A DNA stretch of 26,857 nucleotides from a virus (Duplodnaviria; Caudoviricetes), in IMG/VR virus record IMGVR_UViG_3300018063_000039, positions 1 to 26,857 of that record, one strand, 5' to 3'. Shown in pieces: positions 1-7,066 of the stretch. Under the pieces are notes generated by a model. That model made no database searches and was not told the origin of the DNA. It was given only the letters and a program-made list of their open reading frames with translations. Made by a program: the position numbers and the translations under genes. Numbering within the stretch: position 1 is the stretch's first letter; each line of letters opens with the position of its first letter.

Positions 1-53
1 AAATAGACGCGGCCCGCCGAATGTTGATCGAGGCAACATCCATTGGGCCGCAT
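1..53 (-). CDS. Hypothetical protein, N-terminal part only (MRPNGCCLDQHSAGRVY...), runs off the left edge
   Basis: ATG at 53 preceded by GAGGGGG SD-like sequence on the minus strand; downstream of the promoter-like element at 123-151. Confidence 0.4.
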   Translation of the reverse strand, partial: MRPNGCCLDQHSAGRVY

Positions 54-122
54 GAGGGTTCCCCCTCGGAACATCAGCGACAATGATGATACGCCTCGAT
101 CGTATCTCTCGTCTAGTGGCAT

Positions 123-151
123 CGTATAGTCCCTTCTCAGGGACCTGTCAA
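123..151 (-). promoter_or_regulatory. Sigma70-like promoter TTGACA-N17-TATACG with an inverted repeat (GTCCCT-N4-AGGGAC) in the spacer
   Basis: Read directly: TGTCAA at 146-151, CGTATA at 123-128; lies just past the stop of ORF 169-342. Confidence 0.5.
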
Positions 152-168
152 GAGGTATTTTCTCTGGA

Positions 169-342
169 TTAGTGGCACCGATTCAATGGTCCTTCCCGCT
201 GTTCCTCTAACAGCCGTGCGTTCGCGGCGTAGCAGTCGCGCTCATGGTGCGTCAAGAACACCTCGGCCAGCTCACCGCTCACAGCCAGAATCAGCACGGT
301 GATGAGGAGAAAGGCGACGGAGATCGGTTCATAGAGTGCCAT
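169..342 (-). CDS. Small protein with N-terminal hydrophobic segment (57 aa, MALYEPISVAFLLITVLILAVSGELAEV...)
   Basis: Manually translated (below ORF-track cutoff); AAAGGAG SD before ATG; overlaps the end of the upstream gene. Confidence 0.65.
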   Translation of the reverse strand: MALYEPISVAFLLITVLILAVSGELAEVFLTHHERDCYAANARLLEEQREGPLNRCH

Positions 343-532
343 GTAACACTCCTTTCTTCGTCTGATCCAGTACGATGGAAATCCGAATCAATTGCGCTTC
401 ATAATGCTCCTCCAGCGCCTCCAAGTGGCGCAGCTCCGGCAGCATCCGCGTGGTGCCAGCCAGCATCCCCCGCGCCTCCTCCAGATCCGTCGGCACCGTG
501 TCACTAGAGGAATAGGGGCTTGGCTGGCTCAT
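329..532 (-). CDS. Hypothetical protein (67 aa, MSQPSPYSS...)
   Basis: Part of track ORF 329..610; ATG at 532 forms an ATGA overlap with the stop of ORF 529-678. Confidence 0.6.
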   Translation of the reverse strand: MSQPSPYSSSDTVPTDLEEARGMLAGTTRMLPELRHLEALEEHYEAQLIRISIVLDQTKKGVLHGTL

Positions 533-678
533 TGCAGCACCCAGAGACAAAACGTGACCGAGAGCACGACCATCACACTGAGGTAGGCGAGCACGCACAG
601 CCAGTCCCAATCTCGGCCAGTTGGTTGCGGCCTGGAGACGATGCGGTCAATTTTGTAGTAGTTGATGCGTGGTGTCAT
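529..678 (-). CDS. Small protein with C-terminal transmembrane helix (49 aa, MTPRINYYKIDR...WLCVLAYLSVMVVLSVTFCLWVLQ)
   Basis: Manually translated; starts 4 nt after the stop of ORF 683-982; ATGA coupling downstream. Confidence 0.6.
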   Translation of the reverse strand: MTPRINYYKIDRIVSRPQPTGRDWDWLCVLAYLSVMVVLSVTFCLWVLQ

Positions 679-682
679 GTGA

Positions 683-982
683 TTACCATCCCTTCAGGTT
701 GTGCTTGTGCCCGCACTCCGTACAGGTACATTTGACCGGCTTCGGTTTCTTGCGGCGCCAGCTCCAGAAATCATACTCAAATGGTGGAATCCAGGCGACG
801 CCTTGCACGATGAAGCCCTGTTCGTTTACGCGCAACGGCTGATCCCATTCGCTCCTGAGATCCTCGCTGTGTTTGTGTAACTCCACTTCGGCTAATCGTA
901 GCCCGCTCACAAGTTCCGGGTCAATCTCCTCAATGGGCCGTGTACTGGCTTGCTGTCTCCGTGCTATAAGTGACTCGTTCAT
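683..982 (-). CDS. Hypothetical protein with C-terminal zinc-ribbon-like motif (CTCTECGHKH)
   Basis: ORF track; AAGGGGG SD-like sequence; fits the tightly packed leftward operon. Confidence 0.7.
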   Translation of the reverse strand: MNESLIARRQQASTRPIEEIDPELVSGLRLAEVELHKHSEDLRSEWDQPLRVNEQGFIVQGVAWIPPFEYDFWSWRRKKPKPVKCTCTECGHKHNLKGW

Positions 983-1018
983 GGTCCGACCCCCTTCCAG
1001 GTTGGATGGTGAATATGT

Positions 1019-1047
1019 ACGGCCCGGTCCTTGCCAGACCGGGCCGT
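1019..1047. repeat. Perfect 11-bp inverted repeat (ACGGCCCGGTC-N7-GACCGGGCCGT); intergenic hairpin
   Basis: Read directly just after the stop of ORF 1053-1502; no U-tract, so a terminator role is uncertain. Confidence 0.6.
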
Positions 1048-1052
1048 GCGCC

Positions 1053-1502
1053 TTACAGTTCTCTAAATTCTTTAATCGTCATGGGTCGTGAGGCGGTCTC
1101 GTACACGTCGCCTCGACACCGATATGCGGCATAACGTGGCCGCCCAGTCAGCGCGTGATGGTCCCACGGCTCGCCGACGAGAAAGCCGCCGTGACCCATA
1201 GCGGCTGGGGGTAGGACTTCGAGCATGTCCCAATACCGCTCCTCCGTCACCGGCTCCCAGCTAATCGGCGTGTCTTGTGTCGCGGCTTTGCTCTGGCAAA
1301 ACTCCTCGATCGTCATGCGTTCAGCCCCGGCATAGTCCGGGTCGGCTTGACAGTCCTCCAGGGTCTTGCCGTAGATGGCGGTCTTCCCGGTCAGTGGATG
1401 GACGAGATCAATCATCATTTTGCCTCGAACCGCAAAACATTCGGTTGGTTTGGGAATGGCCCGTCCTTCGACATACGCCACTATTTTCTCTGTGGTGCTC
1501 AC
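1053..1502 (-). CDS. Hypothetical protein with DUF1419-like C-terminal region
   Basis: GTG start with AGGAG SD; motif WEPVTEERYWDMLEVLPP...GFLVGEP resembles the DUF1419 MLExLPP signature (from recall). Confidence 0.6.
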   Translation of the reverse strand: MSTTEKIVAYVEGRAIPKPTECFAVRGKMMIDLVHPLTGKTAIYGKTLEDCQADPDYAGAERMTIEEFCQSKAATQDTPISWEPVTEERYWDMLEVLPPAAMGHGGFLVGEPWDHHALTGRPRYAAYRCRGDVYETASRPMTIKEFREL

Positions 1503-1538
1503 GGTCTCCTGCTTTCTCCCTGGGTGGGGGGATGGAGG

Positions 1539-2246
1539 TTACGCTATACTGCGTTGACTGCCGCCAGCGATCCCGCGTGATAACCCGATGTCATGCCCGG
1601 CAGATCGGCCCGCGTTGAATCCGTTGTAACTGCCAATTCTCGACGAGCGTCTACTATAACTCAATCGCGGATAGAAGCCTTTGACCGCTGCCGCCAGGGC
1701 ACCCTTGGATTGTACGACCAACGCCGTACATGCTGCGCTCGCGGTTTCATTGACCTGTGCTTGCGCTTTGAGCCGTTCGTTGATCGTGGCGACTGCGCCT
1801 CGGCAGAATGAGGCGACAAAGGCCGCGCGGTTCGACAAAACCGTCTTGCCCGCCAACTTGGCTAATCGATCGATCTCCGCGCCAATCGTCTCGACCATAT
1901 ATTCGACGACCAGCACATTCGACCGTTTGCCAATAACGTGCATAATCGTGGTGCCAGGCGTATAAATGCCCGTGCAGAAATTATATCTGGCTACGGTGTA
2001 TAACAGCGTCCGCTTCCATGTGAGTGTGCGAGCGTTGGCATCCATTGTCAGATCGATCTGTTCAATCGATTCTGCCGGCGTGTCGAGTTCGTGCGTGTCC
2101 ACCTGGCTTATCGTCAAATTATGCTCAAAGAGTAACGCTTGTGCTTTAGCTCCAGCGCTGGCTGCCTCTTCGGGTGTGGCCCCTCGCGCTTCCGTGAGGG
2201 CCAGGAGTTTTTTGACTCGGTTGAGGATGGTATCGTGTGGGCTCAT
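1539..2246 (-). CDS. DUF2786-domain protein (235 aa)
   Basis: N-terminus ILNRVKKLLAL...ATPEEAASAGAKAQALLFEHNL is the DUF2786 pattern; ATG at 2246 has an AGGAGG SD, a better start than the track's 2342. Confidence 0.85.
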   Translation of the reverse strand: MSPHDTILNRVKKLLALTEARGATPEEAASAGAKAQALLFEHNLTISQVDTHELDTPAESIEQIDLTMDANARTLTWKRTLLYTVARYNFCTGIYTPGTTIMHVIGKRSNVLVVEYMVETIGAEIDRLAKLAGKTVLSNRAAFVASFCRGAVATINERLKAQAQVNETASAACTALVVQSKGALAAAVKGFYPRLSYSRRSSRIGSYNGFNAGRSAGHDIGLSRGIAGGSQRSIA

Positions 2247-2419
2247 AATGGCGTCCTCCTGGGTGATAGTGAATTGTCCTACACGCCGTACATGCAGATA
2301 GCGTACCAGGTCGAACCCTACGCCAATCGGGGGGTGTGACAATTTGTGGGTGCGATAAACGTCGCAGGTGTGGCCGAGGCGTGTACAGAATTGTACAACA
2401 GGACCGTCATCAATGAGCC

Positions 2420-2459
2420 TGTCAGCCAGTGTCCTAGATTGTCCTACACTGTCCTACAG
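2420..2459. repeat. Four 10-bp-period direct repeats (TGTCAGCCAG, TGTCCTAGAT, TGTCCTACAC, TGTCCTACAG); a further TGTCCTACAC copy at 2275-2284
   Basis: Read directly in the divergent intergenic region. Confidence 0.8.
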
Positions 2460-2692
2460 TATCAGGGTAGTAGTACGGAGAGGGTTTTTCGGCTATGTCA
2501 AGCGCCGATCTCCCAAACGCCTCGTAACCCCGCAAGAAGAGAAGCGAAAATAAATATGGCAAGGTGCTTGACAAGAGGAGAAAAAAAGCGTTTGTACTCT
2601 ACCTTAGTGAAGCCGAAGCTGAAAGCGTAGGCGCGTCCAGTGCGTGAAGCGCACGACTGGCCACACGGCTGACCCAGATAGAGACGCCTCAC

Positions 2693-2720
2693 TTGACAAC
2701 CTCACTCATAGAGGTATACA
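2693..2720 (+). promoter_or_regulatory. Putative promoter TTGACA-N16-TATACA directly upstream of the small terminase gene
   Basis: Perfect -35 at 2693-2698; imperfect -10 at 2715-2720; ATG at 2730. Confidence 0.45.
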
Positions 2721-2729
2721 GCAGAACCT

Positions 2730-3275
2730 ATGCCTACAGAATCAATGCAGTTCCTCACCGACGAGCAAGCTCGCGCGTTCGTCCATAAGAAACGCAAGTA
2801 CACGCAATCCGGCCTACCACGGAAACCACGGAAAGTCCAACTCACCGCGCCACAAACTGAATTCCTTGATCTATTAGCCACCGGTCTCTCGCAGCGTGAA
2901 GTCGCTAAGCGTTTCCATTGGTCACTCAGCCGTGTCTATACGCTCATGCGGAATTCGTTAGCGCAACAGTATTTATCGTCAATTAGGGCGGAGTCGCGCG
3001 CCATTGTGGTCTATGATATTGCCACGGCGATGGAAGAAGCTCTCGCAGATCATGCGTTTGCCATCTCAACGAAAAACGCCAATGCCGCCGTGAAGGCGAC
3101 GGAGTTGCGAGCGAAATTATCAGGCCTCCTCATCGAGCGAGTCGAACTCTTCACGGCGGATCTGCGAGGCGCATTGGATCTGGCGCGACGTAAAGTGATC
3201 CAGGTTTCACCGGAGGCCGAGGCTGTATTGACACAACTTGTGGAAGCACCAGCGCAAGCAGAGGCGATTGTATAA
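2730..3275 (+). CDS. terS: Terminase small subunit-like protein with N-terminal helix-turn-helix
   Basis: HTH-like LTAPQTEFLDLLATGLSQREVAKRFHWSLSRVY; C-terminal NANAAVKATELRAKLSGLLIERVE resembles TerS oligomerisation helices; upstream of terL. Confidence 0.65.
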   Translation: MPTESMQFLTDEQARAFVHKKRKYTQSGLPRKPRKVQLTAPQTEFLDLLATGLSQREVAKRFHWSLSRVYTLMRNSLAQQYLSSIRAESRAIVVYDIATAMEEALADHAFAISTKNANAAVKATELRAKLSGLLIERVELFTADLRGALDLARRKVIQVSPEAEAVLTQLVEAPAQAEAIV

Positions 3276-3450
3276 GGTTAACTACGTACCAAGCAGCGCA
3301 AACCCGCATGGAGAGCCATCTCTCTGGTTGACATAATGGTCCTTATCAGACGTAACAGCGCAAGCGTGACACCAATGACACAACGGACTGCTTGCATGGT
3401 GGGTGAGTGAGATGTTGAGATGAGATGTGGGCTGAGAGAGGAGAAGACAA

Positions 3451-3477
3451 GGGGGGGGTGGGGGCCGGGGGACCCCC
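3451..3477. other. G-tract element G8-T-G5-CC-G5-A-C5 in the non-coding stretch after terS
   Basis: Read directly; function unknown. Confidence 0.55.
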
Positions 3478-3594
3478 AAAGTGTGTCCGCCGCTCACCAT
3501 CTCGCGGTACCTCTCTTCTATCTCGACAGCCGTTCTGAGGTGTATTTTTTGTGAAAGGGCTGAGTAGTTTTTTCATCCCACGAAAGGAGTGCCG

Positions 3595-3735
3595 ATGTCT
3601 ACGAGTGTGAGACCGTTGAGAGTGGGACAGGAGTATTATGGCAGGCCACGGGCGATGCTCCGAATGCTGCTGGCACACCGCTGGCTCAATCGTGTGCGGC
3701 GGCGGATCGTGGCACTCAAGAACGAGCGCAAGTAG
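3595..3735 (+). CDS. Small basic hypothetical protein (46 aa, MSTSVRPLRVGQEYY...)
   Basis: Manually translated; AAAGGAG SD 5 nt before ATG. Confidence 0.5.
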   Translation: MSTSVRPLRVGQEYYGRPRAMLRMLLAHRWLNRVRRRIVALKNERK

Positions 3736-3761
3736 CGTCTCTCCCTCGCTGAGGCCTGCTC

Positions 3762-3783
3762 GTAGAATGTGTGTAGAATGTGT
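3762..3783 (+). repeat. Tandem 11-bp repeat (GTAGAATGTGT)x2; each unit contains a -10-like TAGAAT
   Basis: Read directly. Confidence 0.7.
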
Positions 3784-3811
3784 GTGAAAGGGATCTAGGG
3801 TGAGCCGCGTG

Positions 3812-3970
3812 ATGTTCACAATCAAAAGCGACGAGGACGACCTCGTGAATTGTGATCGGTGGCGACAGGATCGGGACGCGAATCGATCCATGGAAGACCT
3901 ACAGCGGGCGTGTGGACGACGGATCGATCGAATCATGCTCGCCGTGTACCACCGAGTCGAGGCACGCTGA
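3812..3970 (+). CDS. Small hypothetical protein (52 aa, MFTIKSDEDDLVNCDRW...; alternative GTG start at 3800)
   Basis: Manually translated; TGATG overlap with the next gene. Confidence 0.5.
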   Translation: MFTIKSDEDDLVNCDRWRQDRDANRSMEDLQRACGRRIDRIMLAVYHRVEAR

Positions 3971-4431
3971 TGCGACCGATCGTCCTCCGTGACCTGCGGC
4001 TCCGCCATGGACGAAGGCACTATGTCCTCACGATTGAGGCGGTGGAGTGGGGACGCATCGAGATCACGACCGATAATAACTTAGGGCATATTATGTCGGC
4101 GATCAGTGTGGCGAGTAAGGAGTTTGAGGCGCGGGCGACGGGGCAGCCGCGCCAAAGCACAGACGTGTTGACGGGGACGATCGCACTGTCGAAGTGGACG
4201 ATCGTGCCGCTCACGGTCTGGCCGTGGTGCTGGGAGATGACGATGGAGTCGGGCAACTATCGGTTTACCTGCCGGCTCGATAGTGCGTGGGAGAGCGTGC
4301 TGAACGGCTGCGCGGCGGCGATGCGGTTCTTTGGGATGAAATACGGGCTGGTCACGGTCTGGCCAGAGGTCACGCGCAATACGGAGCAGGCGCGGGAGCT
4401 GGGGCTGCTGACGGAGGAGACGACGCACTAA
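3970..4431 (+). CDS. Hypothetical protein (153 aa, MRPIVLRDLRL...)
   Basis: Part of track ORF 3859..4431; ATG at 3970 coupled to the upstream stop. Confidence 0.65.
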   Translation: MRPIVLRDLRLRHGRRHYVLTIEAVEWGRIEITTDNNLGHIMSAISVASKEFEARATGQPRQSTDVLTGTIALSKWTIVPLTVWPWCWEMTMESGNYRFTCRLDSAWESVLNGCAAAMRFFGMKYGLVTVWPEVTRNTEQARELGLLTEETTH

Positions 4432-4678
4432 GCAGGGGTCGCTGGTCGCCCGACCGTCAATAGACCGGCTGTCATCCGCTAGAATCGACGGATGATGACA
4501 GCGAACAGGAAGGGGACGCTGGTGGAAGCCCAGCGCACTGGTGGCCGCTGGACTCGGACGAGGTGAGCCCTCGCTGGATAACGGCCATCCCGAACGGGAG
4601 AGATGGGTGTGAATCTGAGCCCCACCCCCTATCGGTCCACAAGCGGTGCCCCGCCTAAGCCACACACTAGGAGTCCGC

Positions 4679-6232
4679 ATGCCACCCAAAGGTACGCCGA
4701 AGGATGAAGAGGCCCTCATCACGCTCCTGCATACGCCGGCGATCAAAGATAATCTCTATAATTTCGTGATGGCCGCCTATCCCTGGGGGCAGGCCGGGAC
4801 GAGTTTGGAGCACTTCGAGGGGCCGAAGCGGTGGCATCGGGAGGATCTGAATGCGCTCTCAGATCATATCTTAGAGAATCAGCACCGGATCGCGCAGGAG
4901 CAGACGCCGGTGATGTGGAAGGAAGCCACGGCGTCGGGTCGCGGGCCGGGCAAGACGGCGAAAATGTCGTGGCTCGCGAATTGGATGCCGACGACGCGGA
5001 TCGGGTCCACGACGATTATCACGGCGAATACCGAAATGCAGTTGAAGTCGCGCACGTTTGCGGAATTGTCGAAGTGGACGAACCTCCTCATTAATAGCCA
5101 TTGGTTCGAGCCGTCGGTGCTGGCGATTCGGCCCGCGCCGTGGTTTGCGAAACTCGTGAAGGAGCAACTCAAGATCGATACCGGCTACTACTACGTCCAG
5201 GGGCAGTTGTGGTCGGAGGAGAATCCCGACGCCTTCGCCGGGGTGCATAATCCCCTAGGGGTTCTCTTGTTGTTCGATGAAGCCTCCGGGATTCCCAGCT
5301 CGATCTTTCATGTCTCCAAATTCTTTTTTACCGAACCCTCACTCGATCGCTATTGGCTGGTCCATTCCAATGCGCGCCGCAATAGCGGCGGCTTCTACGA
5401 TTGTTTTCACGCGGTCGAGACCGATTGGCGGTTGCGGCATCTCGATGTGCGCACCGTCGAAGGGATGGATCAGGCGTTGATCGAGAAGGCGATTGCCGAG
5501 CATGGGATCGACTCGGATGTGGTGCGCGTCGAAATCCTGGGGCAGTTTCCTCGGCAAGGGGACAATCAATTCATCGGGAGTGAACTCGTCCGGCAGGCCC
5601 AGCAGCGCGTCATCATCCCCGATGACGGCGCGCCGTTGATTCTGGGCGTGGATGTGGCCCGAAAGGGAGGCGATTCGACGGTCTTCCGGTTTCGCCGGGG
5701 CCGCGATGCCCGGTCGATTCCCGTCATCCGCTACAGTGAGCGCGATAACATGCACATTGCGAACGAACTGGCGAAAGTCATCAGCCACTACAACCCGGAT
5801 GCGGTGAATGTCGATGCCGGGAGCGGGACCGGCGTCATCGACCGGGTGCGGGAGCTCGGCTACAAGGTGAATGAAGTCTGGTTCGGCACCGAGTCGTCCT
5901 CGCCGGAATGGGCGTTCAAGCGCACGGAGATGTGGGCGGCGATGCGGGATTGGCTGGGCGGCGGCGGGATTGATACCGATCCGCGTTTGTTCGGCGATCT
6001 CACGGCCCCGGAATGTTATGCGTGGGGCAAGGCGGGGGATAAAACGATCTTGCAAAGCAAGGACGAGATGCGGGGGTTGGGCTATCGCTCCCCGGACGAC
6101 GGCGATGCGCTGGCGCTCACCTTTTACTGTAAGGTCGCGCGCAAGGATCTCTGGGCCGCGAAAGCCCACCCGCGCCGGATTCGCGTGGCGCGCGATCTCG
6201 ACTATCCGATCTTCGAGGCGACGCGGGCTTGA
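4679..6232 (+). CDS. terL: Terminase large subunit
   Basis: Walker A ASGRGPGKT, Walker B LLLFDEASG, nuclease motifs ILGVDVARKGGD and SPDDGDALALT; ATG at 4679 with AGGAG SD. Confidence 0.96.
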   Translation: MPPKGTPKDEEALITLLHTPAIKDNLYNFVMAAYPWGQAGTSLEHFEGPKRWHREDLNALSDHILENQHRIAQEQTPVMWKEATASGRGPGKTAKMSWLANWMPTTRIGSTTIITANTEMQLKSRTFAELSKWTNLLINSHWFEPSVLAIRPAPWFAKLVKEQLKIDTGYYYVQGQLWSEENPDAFAGVHNPLGVLLLFDEASGIPSSIFHVSKFFFTEPSLDRYWLVHSNARRNSGGFYDCFHAVETDWRLRHLDVRTVEGMDQALIEKAIAEHGIDSDVVRVEILGQFPRQGDNQFIGSELVRQAQQRVIIPDDGAPLILGVDVARKGGDSTVFRFRRGRDARSIPVIRYSERDNMHIANELAKVISHYNPDAVNVDAGSGTGVIDRVRELGYKVNEVWFGTESSSPEWAFKRTEMWAAMRDWLGGGGIDTDPRLFGDLTAPECYAWGKAGDKTILQSKDEMRGLGYRSPDDGDALALTFYCKVARKDLWAAKAHPRRIRVARDLDYPIFEATRA

Positions 6233-6257
6233 CGATCAACGAGCGTGCGATTACACT
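6229..6257 (+). promoter_or_regulatory. Sigma70-like promoter TTGACG-N17-TACACT for the head genes
   Basis: Near-consensus hexamers with 17-bp spacing, overlapping the terL stop and followed by a GGGAGG SD. Confidence 0.65.
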
Positions 6258-6286
6258 CAGGCGCAGCACACACAAGGGAGGACTGT

Positions 6287-6706
6287 ATGGCCGGACCAAT
6301 TAGCAAATGGGTGTCCGGGGTCACGAACTCCTCGATTGGGGCCTTGACGCTGGGGACGGTGAATCCGGGACGCGATAAGGTCTTTGGGTCAGGCGTGTTC
6401 GGGGGCGGGGCCGGGGCGAAGGCCTACGGACAAAATGTCTTAGAGAGCCATGCGTTCGGGATGGCGAAGAGTGAAACCGATACCGAAGAGGCGACGGAGC
6501 GCGCCAGACTGGCGAAGGAAGCGGAGGGCGCGTCTAGCGATGCCGCGCAGGCGCGGGCCGCCAAGTCGGAGATGCTGCGTCCTCGCACGGCGCAAGAAGA
6601 ACAGGAGGCGATCCGGCGGGCGCGTGAATCGGCGCAACGGTTAGGCGCGGGCAAGCGTCGTGTGTCGGAATCCTTGACGGACAGTGCGGCGCTGGGAGGC
6701 TATTGA
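6287..6706 (+). CDS. Pre-portal protein A (139 aa; Gly-rich N-terminus, Ala/Glu/Arg-rich helical C-terminus), probable virion or assembly protein
   Basis: ATG at 6287 with GGGAGG SD; position between terL and portal. Confidence 0.75.
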   Translation: MAGPISKWVSGVTNSSIGALTLGTVNPGRDKVFGSGVFGGGAGAKAYGQNVLESHAFGMAKSETDTEEATERARLAKEAEGASSDAAQARAAKSEMLRPRTAQEEQEAIRRARESAQRLGAGKRRVSESLTDSAALGGY

Positions 6707-6707
6707 C

Positions 6708-6860
6708 ATGCCGAAGGCGAAGACGGTGACGAAGGCGGCGGCGGGTATGAATCAGAAGGACGTACAGGTCGAGGCCCATGCCGCCGTACAGCGCGCAGCC
6801 GAGTCGGCGGCACGGCTCGGTCCTGGCAAACGCCGGGTGCCGATCGGAGGCACCGACTAA
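6708..6860 (+). CDS. Pre-portal protein B (50 aa, MPKAKTVTK...RAAESAARLGPGKRRVPIGGTD)
   Basis: Manually translated; GGGAGG SD; TAATG coupling; 13/17 residue identity with the C-terminus of the upstream ORF. Confidence 0.75.
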   Translation: MPKAKTVTKAAAGMNQKDVQVEAHAAVQRAAESAARLGPGKRRVPIGGTD

Positions 6861-7066
6861 TGGCTGGCATCTTTGGCACGCCGTCACTGACCCCACAGAC
6901 GCCAATCGCGGCCCCCTCGATCACCGACGAGGTGGTCCGCCAGGCTGCCAACGATGAAGCGGTGCGACGACTTCGGGCCGGACGCGCCTCCACGATCCTC
7001 ACCGATCCCAGCCGGCAACGGGATGACCGCGAGGCCACCACGCCGTCGTTACTCGGAGGACGCTGA
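6860..7066 (+). CDS. Pre-portal protein C (68 aa), podovirus small virion or assembly protein
   Basis: RAGRASTILT...SLLGG pattern typical of the small gene preceding the portal in BPP-1-like podoviruses (from recall); TGATG coupling to the portal. Confidence 0.8.
   Translation: MAGIFGTPSLTPQTPIAAPSITDEVVRQAANDEAVRRLRAGRASTILTDPSRQRDDREATTPSLLGGR

Noticed and set aside
2247-2342. N-terminal extension of the DUF2786 ORF, and track starts at 3859, 4646, 6245, 8574 and 10536
   Set aside because: Downstream ATGs have clear SDs or stop-start coupling and match expected domain starts
2420-2459. CRISPR-like array
   Set aside because: Units are 10 bp and contiguous, with no spacers
2470-2600. Divergent promoters at TTGACA 2501-2496 (-) and 2568-2573 (+)
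   Set aside because: Nearest -10-like hexamers are 20-21 bp away; plausible but not supportable as canonical promoters
2611-2660. Hammerhead ribozyme or known riboswitch
   Set aside because: CTGAAAG is not CUGAUGA, and the required core or aptamer consensus is absent
3346-4020. 224-aa minus-strand ORF in the terS-terL gap
   Set aside because: Low-complexity translation opposite coupled plus-strand ORFs and the G-tract; no motif support
4524-4615. tRNA-Sec-like start (GGAAG...CTGGTG...CTGGACT)
   Set aside because: No UCA anticodon, anticodon stem does not close, and there is no TTCG T-loop or acceptor pairing
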